From Fidelibacterota bacterium (lineage in GTDB: Bacteria > Fidelibacterota > UBA8477 > JABMPR01), in NCBI GenBank assembly GCA_013202385.1, contig JABMOT010000158.1:1-62151 (forward strand): a DNA stretch of 62,151 nt, in the 5' to 3' direction. Each line of letters opens with the position of its first letter. The first letter of the stretch is position 1. Below the pieces are notes generated by a model. It was not told where the DNA came from, made no database searches, and saw nothing but the letters and a program-made list of their open reading frames with translations. A program made the position numbers and the translations under genes. Below are positions 45,981-54,420 of this stretch, piece after piece.

Positions 45981-48900
45981 ATGAATACAATAAACAAACT
46001 CCGATTAGCTATCATATTCAGCTTTGTCCTTGGCTTGCCATTGGTTTTAAGCAGCCAGGGGAGACCTTATGATGGACCCATTGATGTCGCTGGCGATTTT
46101 GACGCCGAACGTGAAGGAACGATGAATGGAAATCGCATTCATCTTGAGTTTACAAACAATACCGAATTATCCAATTGGCCTGATGAAGCCGCATCCAAGT
46201 GGCCCAATAATAATTCCGGATACAAAATGCTTGATGGTATTGGATTGCTGGTAGGAGCCAGGGTCTACATTGAAAACGATTTGGATGATACTACAGTGGA
46301 CTCGATTGTGGTCACAGATCCAAATATCATTGCATCAGATCCTGATCTCCATATCCTGCATTTTTTGCAAACCAGTTACCGCGAACATATGGATCGAAGC
46401 GATACCAGTAGTACGGAGTGGGGTTTTTATCCGGTATGGGGATATTTTAACGAATTGAGTGAACACCCTGCCATGAGTAATGATACGCTGACATGGCCAG
46501 TTGAAGGTTGGCCAAAAGGGGGATATGCCAGGGAATGGCCGCTGGAATGGGATGGACGATTCGGTCGAGGTATCCAATATGCTGATCTAGAGACTTACTT
46601 TGTGGTTAATGATGCCCAGGACCAGGAATATCTTGGCGACGATGATATGGTAAAATACTACCCCAGACCCGGGAAAATCATAGGCCAAGAAGGACACGAC
46701 ATTACAATTCAAAACGGAGCTCCCTGGGGAGGTTTAGGGCTCCGGGTCGAGACCCGTGGATTCCAATGGAATAATCCCCAAGTACGGGACGCGCTTTTCT
46801 GGGAATACAATATCACCAATAATTCAGTTTATGATCTTCCTGAAGTCTGTTTTGGATATTGGGTAGACAACGCCATTGGTGGCGAAGGTCCCGATGATGA
46901 CATTGGGTTTTATAACGCTGAGTTGGATCTCGCGTATTCGTGGGATAAGGATGAGTCAGCCTCAGACGGCGGCACTCCTGGAATTATGGGGTTTGCATAT
47001 CTGGAGAGCCCTGGACTTGCCTATGACAATATGGATAACGATGATGATGGTCTGATTGATGAGAAACGAGACAATCAAGCTACTGTTCTCCTCCCTGGAG
47101 CCACCGATGGGATTTATGATCTGGAGAAATTTTTAAATTTTTACGGTTTAAAAGAGTCCGAATTGAAAGCCCATTGGGATGCTGATGAAGATCAAGATTG
47201 GCAAGATGGTGATGATTTAAACGGTGATGGATTCTACCAGGCTTCTGAACCCTATGGTGATGATGTGGGTCTGGATGGATTGGGACCCCTGGATTTGAAT
47301 TATCCCGGGCGCGATCAGGGCGAGTGCAACCACATGCCCGATTATGATGAGGCTCTGGGCTGCGAACCAAATTTTGCTGAGACCGATGTGAGTGAGTCGG
47401 ACATGCTGGGATTAACATCTTTTCAGCTCTTTACAATCGTAGGCGTACCAGATGGTCCAGCACCTCCTGGAACAAAGTGGTTTAGCAACGACGAAATTAT
47501 GTGGGATATGGTTGCAGCAGATACACTTGTCAAATTGTACGACGTAAATGCCAACCTGGTGGAATTATTTGCCTCTGGTCCATTTCCCTTATTCGCAGGG
47601 AGAACCGAAAGAATATCCATGGCTGAGCTTCACTCAACCGATGAGAATATGGCAACACCAGATTATGTAGCTCCCGCCTTGTACGAGTTAAAATCCGTGG
47701 TTCAGTTGATTTATGAATCAGATTATCGTTTCGCACAACCACCCCTGATGCCCACCCTTGAAGCCACTGCTCTAGATGGAAAAGTGATTTTAACCTGGGA
47801 TGATCGCTCGGACAAACTTACCCGTGATCCATTCATCGGCAACGTGAACGATTTTGAAGGTTACAAACTCTATAAGTCAACGGACAAATTCTTTGAAGAT
47901 TCCGAAATAATAACCGATGGCTATGGTTTACCAACATTCAAAGACCCTATCTTTGAGTGCGATTTAGTGGACTCTGTATTCGGTTTTGCTGGATTCGGCT
48001 TGGTGAATGGTATTGCCTTTAACCTTGGAACAGAAACCGGGCTTAAACATTATTTTATTGATGATAAGGTGGAGAATGGCAGAACATACTATTATGGTTT
48101 AACTGCCTATGATTATGGGATCAGCACCAGTACTCCTGGTATTGCGCCGTCTGAAAACAATCTGGTGGTAAGTATCAACGAATACGACGAGATTTTAGGC
48201 GTCGGCAAGAATGTTCAGATTGTAACCCCCAGAAGTACGGCGGCTGGCTTTCATGATCCGGTTGTATTACTTGATTCCCTCCAAAAACCCACACTCGGCA
48301 GTGGCTCCATTTCACCCACTATCTTTGCCAGGGATCAGGTTAAAGATGGGCATAGCTATGAAGTCAGCTTCCTAATAGATACACTTAAGACTAAAATAGG
48401 TAACATCTTTTACCCAAGCAATTATATAACAAAGGGCTATCAGGTTATGGATGTTACTGGTGCAGAACCCCTCATGGTCCATAGTGAATCTTACCTCGAC
48501 TCCCTGGGCAACCCTAATTATATAGATGATAATATTGTCTATGATGAAGACTTGCGAGTATGGGTCCTCAACTCAGATACCTTGCTCTATACCGATATTT
48601 TTGATGGTATCCAGCTTCAAATTGATCAGAATGTGACCCTTCCTGAATTAGATATGGGACCATTTGCCACTGGCTGGATAAATGGCTCGCCTATCAACCA
48701 TATGTTAGTTTCGCTCACAAGGCGTGAAACCAATCTATTTCCATTTGATTATGAAATTGTTTTCACTGGCGACTCGTTGGCATATACCAGTCAGGTGGGA
48801 TCCAACACCGGTATCCGGGGTGAGAACGACAACGGGCTATGGTTTCCACCAAAAATTATTCTGAACCAGTCTTTTGACTTCTATGTGCTCAATACGAGTC

Positions 48901-49526
48901 TGCTCGATTCTAATGGTAATCACCCAGTAATGGATCTGGTGGTCCAGGATCATTTTGGTCCAACTTGGGGTCTTGATGGTAATTTTAACAAATTTCAGGA
49001 CAAAATCCTTGTGGGCAGCATCGATAGCTCCGCCAAATGGTTGGGTACGGCCTTTGTAATCGATTTTATCGGGGGTGGAGAGTTTGACTATCCTGGAGTT
49101 GGTGATAGATATCAACTTAGCTTTAAAAGGCAATTCTGGAGTTCAGACACCATCCGGTTTACCACAAGTTCCGTCCCTGAGCTCGATCTCGTTCGTGAGG
49201 CTCAAACCATGGACAGTATCAAGGTGGTTCCAAATCCATATGTTGGTACGAACGCCATGGAACAGGCCTTGAGGAACCGTCTCTTGAACCAGCCACGCAA
49301 GTTAATGTTCACCCATCTTCCAGCGAGCTGTACAATCAGAATATTCACATCCTCAGGGGTTTTGATAAAAACCATTGACGTAGCTAACGCGGCGGCCAAT
49401 GGGTCTATGCATTGGAACCTGCTTACTGAGGAAAATTTAGAGATTGCGGCGGGTATGTACATCTACCATGTCGAGTCCATGGAATCTGGCAGAGAACATA
49501 TTGGAAAATTTGCGGTGTTGAAATGA
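45981..49526 (+). CDS. 1181-aa secreted protein of unknown function with acidic Ca-binding-like repeats, an FN3-like segment and a variant CTD-like C-terminus
   Basis: It starts 1 nt after the receptor stop codon and has a signal peptide. Acidic stretches: DNMDNDDDGLIDEKRDN and DADEDQDWQDGDDLNGDGFY...GDDVGLDGLG. FN3-like: LDGKVILTWDDRSDK...FEGYKLYKS...GRTYYYGLTAYDYG. C-terminus: VVPNPYVG...CTIRIFTSSGVLIKTI...GMYIYHVES...GKFAVLK. Confidence 0.6.
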   Translation: MNTINKLRLAIIFSFVLGLPLVLSSQGRPYDGPIDVAGDFDAEREGTMNGNRIHLEFTNNTELSNWPDEAASKWPNNNSGYKMLDGIGLLVGARVYIENDLDDTTVDSIVVTDPNIIASDPDLHILHFLQTSYREHMDRSDTSSTEWGFYPVWGYFNELSEHPAMSNDTLTWPVEGWPKGGYAREWPLEWDGRFGRGIQYADLETYFVVNDAQDQEYLGDDDMVKYYPRPGKIIGQEGHDITIQNGAPWGGLGLRVETRGFQWNNPQVRDALFWEYNITNNSVYDLPEVCFGYWVDNAIGGEGPDDDIGFYNAELDLAYSWDKDESASDGGTPGIMGFAYLESPGLAYDNMDNDDDGLIDEKRDNQATVLLPGATDGIYDLEKFLNFYGLKESELKAHWDADEDQDWQDGDDLNGDGFYQASEPYGDDVGLDGLGPLDLNYPGRDQGECNHMPDYDEALGCEPNFAETDVSESDMLGLTSFQLFTIVGVPDGPAPPGTKWFSNDEIMWDMVAADTLVKLYDVNANLVELFASGPFPLFAGRTERISMAELHSTDENMATPDYVAPALYELKSVVQLIYESDYRFAQPPLMPTLEATALDGKVILTWDDRSDKLTRDPFIGNVNDFEGYKLYKSTDKFFEDSEIITDGYGLPTFKDPIFECDLVDSVFGFAGFGLVNGIAFNLGTETGLKHYFIDDKVENGRTYYYGLTAYDYGISTSTPGIAPSENNLVVSINEYDEILGVGKNVQIVTPRSTAAGFHDPVVLLDSLQKPTLGSGSISPTIFARDQVKDGHSYEVSFLIDTLKTKIGNIFYPSNYITKGYQVMDVTGAEPLMVHSESYLDSLGNPNYIDDNIVYDEDLRVWVLNSDTLLYTDIFDGIQLQIDQNVTLPELDMGPFATGWINGSPINHMLVSLTRRETNLFPFDYEIVFTGDSLAYTSQVGSNTGIRGENDNGLWFPPKIILNQSFDFYVLNTSLLDSNGNHPVMDLVVQDHFGPTWGLDGNFNKFQDKILVGSIDSSAKWLGTAFVIDFIGGGEFDYPGVGDRYQLSFKRQFWSSDTIRFTTSSVPELDLVREAQTMDSIKVVPNPYVGTNAMEQALRNRLLNQPRKLMFTHLPASCTIRIFTSSGVLIKTIDVANAAANGSMHWNLLTEENLEIAAGMYIYHVESMESGREHIGKFAVLK

Positions 49527-50620
49527 GAAATAATATAAGGATAATTACGAAGCTAACACTTTTGGGTCTCTTTTTGGTGAGTTCTCTATACGCTCAGAAA
49601 CCCTATCGATATGGCACGACAGCAGCCAGTTTTCTTGAAATTGGAATCGGCTCGGCCGTGGCAATGGGTGAGGCTTATGTAAGTGTAGGTAAGGATATTT
49701 CTTCAATCTACTGGAATCCTGCTGGTCTAGCCTTTCAAGAACGAAACGAGATGATTGTCATGGATCAATCCTGGGTGGCTGGCATAGCCAACAGGTACGC
49801 TGGCATCGCGATCACAATTCCAAATGTTGGTAACATCGGATTGACTATTAACCATGTAGATTTTGGTAGTATTGCTGTTACAAACCTAAAGTATCAGGAC
49901 GGCACGGGAGAATTTTATCGGGCATCGGAATACGCCATGGCGCTTACCTATGCCCGCTCCATTGTAAATTGGTTCTCTTTTGGTGTGACCACCAAATATA
50001 TCGGCTCTACAATATGGCACAGCGGAGCCAATGCGCTGGCTCTGGATCTGGGTGTTTCCATTATTACCGAATTTCTGAGTCCTACCGGGAACAAGAAAGA
50101 AGGCATGCGGATTGGAATGAGTATTTCAAATTATGGATCTAAAATGTCTTATAGCGGCATCGATATGCTTAATGCCATCGATATTTTACCGGATGAAGCT
50201 GGTAATTATTCAGCAGTTCAAGGTGTATATCGAACGGAGTCCTGGGATCTCCCCGTAATTTTTAGAGCTGGGATATCATTCTATCCCCTATATACGCACA
50301 AACAGAATCTGCTGTTCGCCATTGACGTGCTCCATCCCAATAACAATAGTGAATCCCTTAATTTGGGACTTCAATATGATCTATCCTTCATCCGTGATAC
50401 GCATATCTATTTACGGACAGGTATGCGCGGGTTGTATTTGGTTAATGCAGATGAAGAGTTATCGCTATTTGGAGCTAATATTCCCTACTCAGCGTTAACA
50501 TACGGGGGTGGACTGGAATTTAGACTGTTTGGAGGACAGGCTGTTGCCTTGGATTATGCTTACAGATCAATGGGTATTCTAGGCTATGCAAACTCATTTA
50601 CATTGACATATCAATTCTAG
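49523..50620 (+). CDS. PorV/PorQ-family outer-membrane beta-barrel protein
   Basis: 365 aa. The start overlaps the upstream stop (ATGA). Signal peptide. Family N-terminal pattern: AASFLEIGIGSAVAMGEAYVSVGKDISSIYWNPAGLAF. C-terminal ...TLTYQF, with the terminal Phe typical of OMPs. Confidence 0.7.
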   Translation: MRNNIRIITKLTLLGLFLVSSLYAQKPYRYGTTAASFLEIGIGSAVAMGEAYVSVGKDISSIYWNPAGLAFQERNEMIVMDQSWVAGIANRYAGIAITIPNVGNIGLTINHVDFGSIAVTNLKYQDGTGEFYRASEYAMALTYARSIVNWFSFGVTTKYIGSTIWHSGANALALDLGVSIITEFLSPTGNKKEGMRIGMSISNYGSKMSYSGIDMLNAIDILPDEAGNYSAVQGVYRTESWDLPVIFRAGISFYPLYTHKQNLLFAIDVLHPNNNSESLNLGLQYDLSFIRDTHIYLRTGMRGLYLVNADEELSLFGANIPYSALTYGGGLEFRLFGGQAVALDYAYRSMGILGYANSFTLTYQF

Positions 50621-50641
50621 TTCTGTATTAATATATAGCTG

Positions 50642-52159
50642 ATGGATAAGCTAAATATCAATGGAATTGTATTTGTCATTGTTTCCTCTTTTCTGTTTCT
50701 GATTTCCTGCGAAAGAAAAGAGCCGGATCGGTACCCTGACTCAGTTGTTCTGGCCCGCGTGGGTGACCGCGTGATAACAAAATCTGAATTTGTTCGTCGT
50801 GCAGAATACACACCCAGACCAGCTTATTGTCGGGGGGATAATAATATTCATAAAAAGATCGTTCTCAATTCTCTCATCGCCGAAAAACTTTTAGCACTTG
50901 ATGTCCTCTCAAAACCTCAATACAAAGCACCCGCTAAACTGGAAGATTACATCCAGGGGAGACGGGAGCAGGCCATGCGCCAATCGTACAGGTACGAGTA
51001 TGGGATGAAGCGGGTTGAAACCTCGGATGAAGAATTGAAGTATAGTTTCAAGATAGCCAGCCGTGAATACAAATTGGGATTCATCACGCTGCCTGATTCC
51101 CATTATGCATATGCTACAAAGCAATTTCTGGATGATGGAGCAAGCTTTGAGAGTATCTATTCCAGGATTTTTGGAACTCAGGAGCTTGAAATCAAAAAGG
51201 TGTCCTGGTTTGATGACGATGATCCGAAAATTAGAGAGGCACTCTACAGTCAGTCGCTGAAAAAAGATACCGTTGTAGGACCCCTTGAACTTAGCGATGG
51301 AAAGTTTCTCATTTTTAAAGTGGTTGGCTGGCAAGATAATTTGCACCTCAGCGAATCGGCCAAGGGGACATTTTGGGATGATGTCATTTCAAAAGTCAAG
51401 CAGCGCAAAGCCAACCTGCTGTATAACGAGCATGTGGCCAATCTCATGCGTGGTAAAAGTTTTTTATTAGAAGAGGCGGCTTTTCGGCCATTGGTGGAGA
51501 ACCTGTCTGAGCAGTATCTCATGAAAGAGTCTGAAAAAGGGTCCATGTTAAATGAGACTATCTGGGAGTTGGAAAAACAACATTTGAGCCCTGACAACTC
51601 TGACGCTGGCGCTTTACATATGGATCAGGTACTATTTCGATTTGACGGTAAGGACTGGTTGATAAAAGACTTTTATGATTTGCTCTCAAGACACCCCCTT
51701 GTTTTTCGAAAAAAACGCTTCGAAATGTCAGAATTTGCAGAACAGCTAAAGTTCTCTATTGCAGATTTACTCAAGGACTATATTGTCACAGGCGAAGCGT
51801 ATAAAGAGGGTTTTGGTGATCGTAAAGAAACTATAAGCTATGGTCAAATGTGGCAGGATCAGTATTTATCAGGAATTTACAAGGAGCTATTCAATTACTC
51901 ACTGGCTGACAGCATCACTCAATCTCCGAATTCAATTTACTTTATCGAAGCCTATATGAATCCGATTATCGATAGTCTGCAGGTGAAATACTCTGATGTT
52001 ATTTCCATCAATTTCGACCTGTATGATGATATAAAGCTCACACACATTGATATGTTTGTTGCCGAGGAGAATGTTCCCTATCCAGTGGTAGTCCCGCCAT
52101 TTCCCCAGATAACAACCGATCATGTATTTGACTATGGGAGCAAGCTTGTACTCAAATAA
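50642..52159 (+). CDS. SurA/PpiD-like lipoprotein (putative periplasmic chaperone with a degenerate parvulin-like segment)
   Basis: 505 aa. Lipobox FLISC. The N-terminus LARVGDRVITKSEFVRR resembles the SurA N-domain. VVGPLELSDGKFLIFKVVG resembles the end of a parvulin fold. The assignment is weak. Confidence 0.35.
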   Translation: MDKLNINGIVFVIVSSFLFLISCERKEPDRYPDSVVLARVGDRVITKSEFVRRAEYTPRPAYCRGDNNIHKKIVLNSLIAEKLLALDVLSKPQYKAPAKLEDYIQGRREQAMRQSYRYEYGMKRVETSDEELKYSFKIASREYKLGFITLPDSHYAYATKQFLDDGASFESIYSRIFGTQELEIKKVSWFDDDDPKIREALYSQSLKKDTVVGPLELSDGKFLIFKVVGWQDNLHLSESAKGTFWDDVISKVKQRKANLLYNEHVANLMRGKSFLLEEAAFRPLVENLSEQYLMKESEKGSMLNETIWELEKQHLSPDNSDAGALHMDQVLFRFDGKDWLIKDFYDLLSRHPLVFRKKRFEMSEFAEQLKFSIADLLKDYIVTGEAYKEGFGDRKETISYGQMWQDQYLSGIYKELFNYSLADSITQSPNSIYFIEAYMNPIIDSLQVKYSDVISINFDLYDDIKLTHIDMFVAEENVPYPVVVPPFPQITTDHVFDYGSKLVLK

Positions 52160-53147
52160 TAATTATAGTTTCGTATGGATTACAGCTTTTGCCTTACTCA
52201 CATCAATGGTGTCATGTGAATCGGCGTCCAGCACATTGAAAGAAAAAGTAGACATCGTCAGAGGTTGCATGGATACAAACGCTCTGAATTACGACAGTCT
52301 TTCCACTGAAGATGATGGGAGCTGTCAATATTATGGTTGTACAGATTCCAGTGCCTACAATTATGATCCGGATGCGACGAATGATGATGGCAATTGTATT
52401 TCGCCTTCACTGGTTCCAGATGGTTGGGAATTGGTCTGGAACGATGAATTCAATGCTGACGCCATTAATGAAGCCAAATGGAATCATGAGAGCTGGGCGC
52501 CAGGTCGAGTCAATAACGAGCTTCAAGAATACACCAGAAACTTGCAGAATTCAGGAGTGAACCAGGGTTACCTGTATATCACAGCGCGCAAAAACAATCC
52601 CTTCGATGCGGCGAATCCAGTTTATAATTCAGCTCGGATGCATACGAGGAGGAAGGGGGATTGGAAATATGGTCGTGTTGAAGTTCGTGCCAAAATGCCC
52701 AGAGGGCAGGGACTCTGGCCAGCCATCTGGATGATGCCCAGCTATTCGGTATATGGTGGATGGCCGGTAAGTGGTGAAATAGATATCATGGAATTCCTAG
52801 GTCACGATCTCTCCCGCGTGTATGGAACAATTCATTATGGGAATTACTATCCTGACAAGAGCTCAACTGGAACATCCTATGTATTACCAGCAGGTGATTT
52901 TTCTGAATCATTTCACACTTTCGCCCTTGAATGGGAAGCCAATGAATTACGTTGGTACGTGGACGATATACTTTATCAAACGCTTAACAACTGGTACTCA
53001 ATCGGTGGGGAATACCCAGCACCCTTTGATCAGGAATTTCATCTCATTTTAAATGTAGCCGTTGGTGGTGAATGGCCAGGGAATCCTGATCCATCCACAC
53101 TATTTCCACAGACAATGCTGGTTGACTATGTGCGGATTTTCCAGTAG
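52122..53147 (+). CDS. GH16 laminarinase-type lipoprotein with two N-terminal Cys-bounded 20-aa motifs
   Basis: 341 aa. Lipobox LLTSMVSC. Motifs: ELVWNDEFN, catalytic SGEIDIMEF (E-I-D-I-M-E, the form with the extra residue typical of laminarinases), FHTFALEW, RWYVDD, LNVAVGG.W. The 5' end overlaps the upstream gene by 38 nt, so a later start is possible. Confidence 0.85.
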   Translation: MYLTMGASLYSNNNYSFVWITAFALLTSMVSCESASSTLKEKVDIVRGCMDTNALNYDSLSTEDDGSCQYYGCTDSSAYNYDPDATNDDGNCISPSLVPDGWELVWNDEFNADAINEAKWNHESWAPGRVNNELQEYTRNLQNSGVNQGYLYITARKNNPFDAANPVYNSARMHTRRKGDWKYGRVEVRAKMPRGQGLWPAIWMMPSYSVYGGWPVSGEIDIMEFLGHDLSRVYGTIHYGNYYPDKSSTGTSYVLPAGDFSESFHTFALEWEANELRWYVDDILYQTLNNWYSIGGEYPAPFDQEFHLILNVAVGGEWPGNPDPSTLFPQTMLVDYVRIFQ

Positions 53148-53301
53148 AGCTGATTTTGAGCAAAAGGGGGCAATATAGCAATTCCAGTAGCATGACCGGC
53201 AAGTTCACATTCGGTCCTCATCCCGGAATATTGATTGACCAATCGACACGCTCCAAATCAACTTCAAAATCCTTACTCCTGATTCAAACGGGACAACAAA
53301 A

Positions 53302-54396
53302 TTGACCCATTTTTATTCAATTTCTACACGAGGCCTCGGCATCCTGATCTTGATCTGGATCCAAACTTTATCTTTAATGGCAAAGGACTACCGTGGAGCC
53401 GAATTGCGTACGATTGAGACTTTTCAATATGGTCGCTTCGAAGCGCGCATTAAATCGGCACCCCATTCTGGGACGGTTTCAAGTTTATTCACTTACCACG
53501 AGCTTGGCGGTGCAGGTATTCAGGATTGGAGCGAAATTGATATTGAGTTCTTAGGGCGTTATACGGATCGGGTACAATTCAATACGATCACTGACTGGCA
53601 GATAAATCACGAGCACTTTGTTACTTTGGATTATGACCCCGCGACAGAATTTCATGATTATGCTTTTGAATGGACTCCCAGCTATGTGGCCTGGTTTGTT
53701 GACGGCATCGAAGTATACCGCCAGGTAATGGGTCATATTGTAGAATTGAATCGATATCAAAAACTGATGATGAACATTTGGCTACCGAACTATCCTGGCT
53801 GGGTTGGGACCTTTAATCCGTCTGATCTTCCCATCTATGCTTATTATGACTGGGTGAGTTACTGTGAGTATACACCTCTGAGTGGAAATACCGGTTCATC
53901 AAATAATTTTACTCAACTGTGGCGAGATGACTTCGATGGATGGGATACGAATCGTTGGCAAAAAGCCAGCCATACCTGGGATGGTAACAATTGCGATTTT
54001 ACGCCAGCTAATGTGGTTTTTAATGGTGGTTTCATGATTTTATGCCTGACAACCCCTTCAAATACTGGCTATGATGGCCCCGCTCTGGCGGTTGATGGAG
54101 GGCAGGGCCGGATTCCTTCTGATTTGCGTCTTAATCCAGCCTGGCCAAACCCCTTTAATGCCACTACCAATCTGGTAGTGGAAGGTTTTTCGGAGGGTGA
54201 GCTTACCCTGCAAATCCATAGCCTGACTGGCAGTCTGATTCGCTCTGAAATTATCGCGGCCAATCCTGTTGGTTCCCATACATTGCAGTGGAATGGTCAG
54301 GATAATCTTGGCGAATTGGTTTCCAGCGGTTCCTATATCATCCAGGTAATTTCTGGCAAAGATCAGATTTGTCAAAAAGTCGTCCTGCTGAAATGA
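53302..54396 (+). CDS. GH16 (lichenase-type active-site spacing) + extra domain + T9SS CTD
   Basis: 364 aa with a TTG start and a signal peptide. Motifs: YGRFEARIK, catalytic WSEIDIEFLG (E-I-D-I-E, without the extra residue), FHDYAFEWTP.YVAWFVDG. CTD: WPNPFNATTNLVVE...GSYIIQVIS...KVVLLK. Confidence 0.8.
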   Translation: MTHFYSISTRGLGILILIWIQTLSLMAKDYRGAELRTIETFQYGRFEARIKSAPHSGTVSSLFTYHELGGAGIQDWSEIDIEFLGRYTDRVQFNTITDWQINHEHFVTLDYDPATEFHDYAFEWTPSYVAWFVDGIEVYRQVMGHIVELNRYQKLMMNIWLPNYPGWVGTFNPSDLPIYAYYDWVSYCEYTPLSGNTGSSNNFTQLWRDDFDGWDTNRWQKASHTWDGNNCDFTPANVVFNGGFMILCLTTPSNTGYDGPALAVDGGQGRIPSDLRLNPAWPNPFNATTNLVVEGFSEGELTLQIHSLTGSLIRSEIIAANPVGSHTLQWNGQDNLGELVSSGSYIIQVISGKDQICQKVVLLK

Positions 54397-54420
54397 TCAA
54401 AATTAAGGCAATTTAACGAG

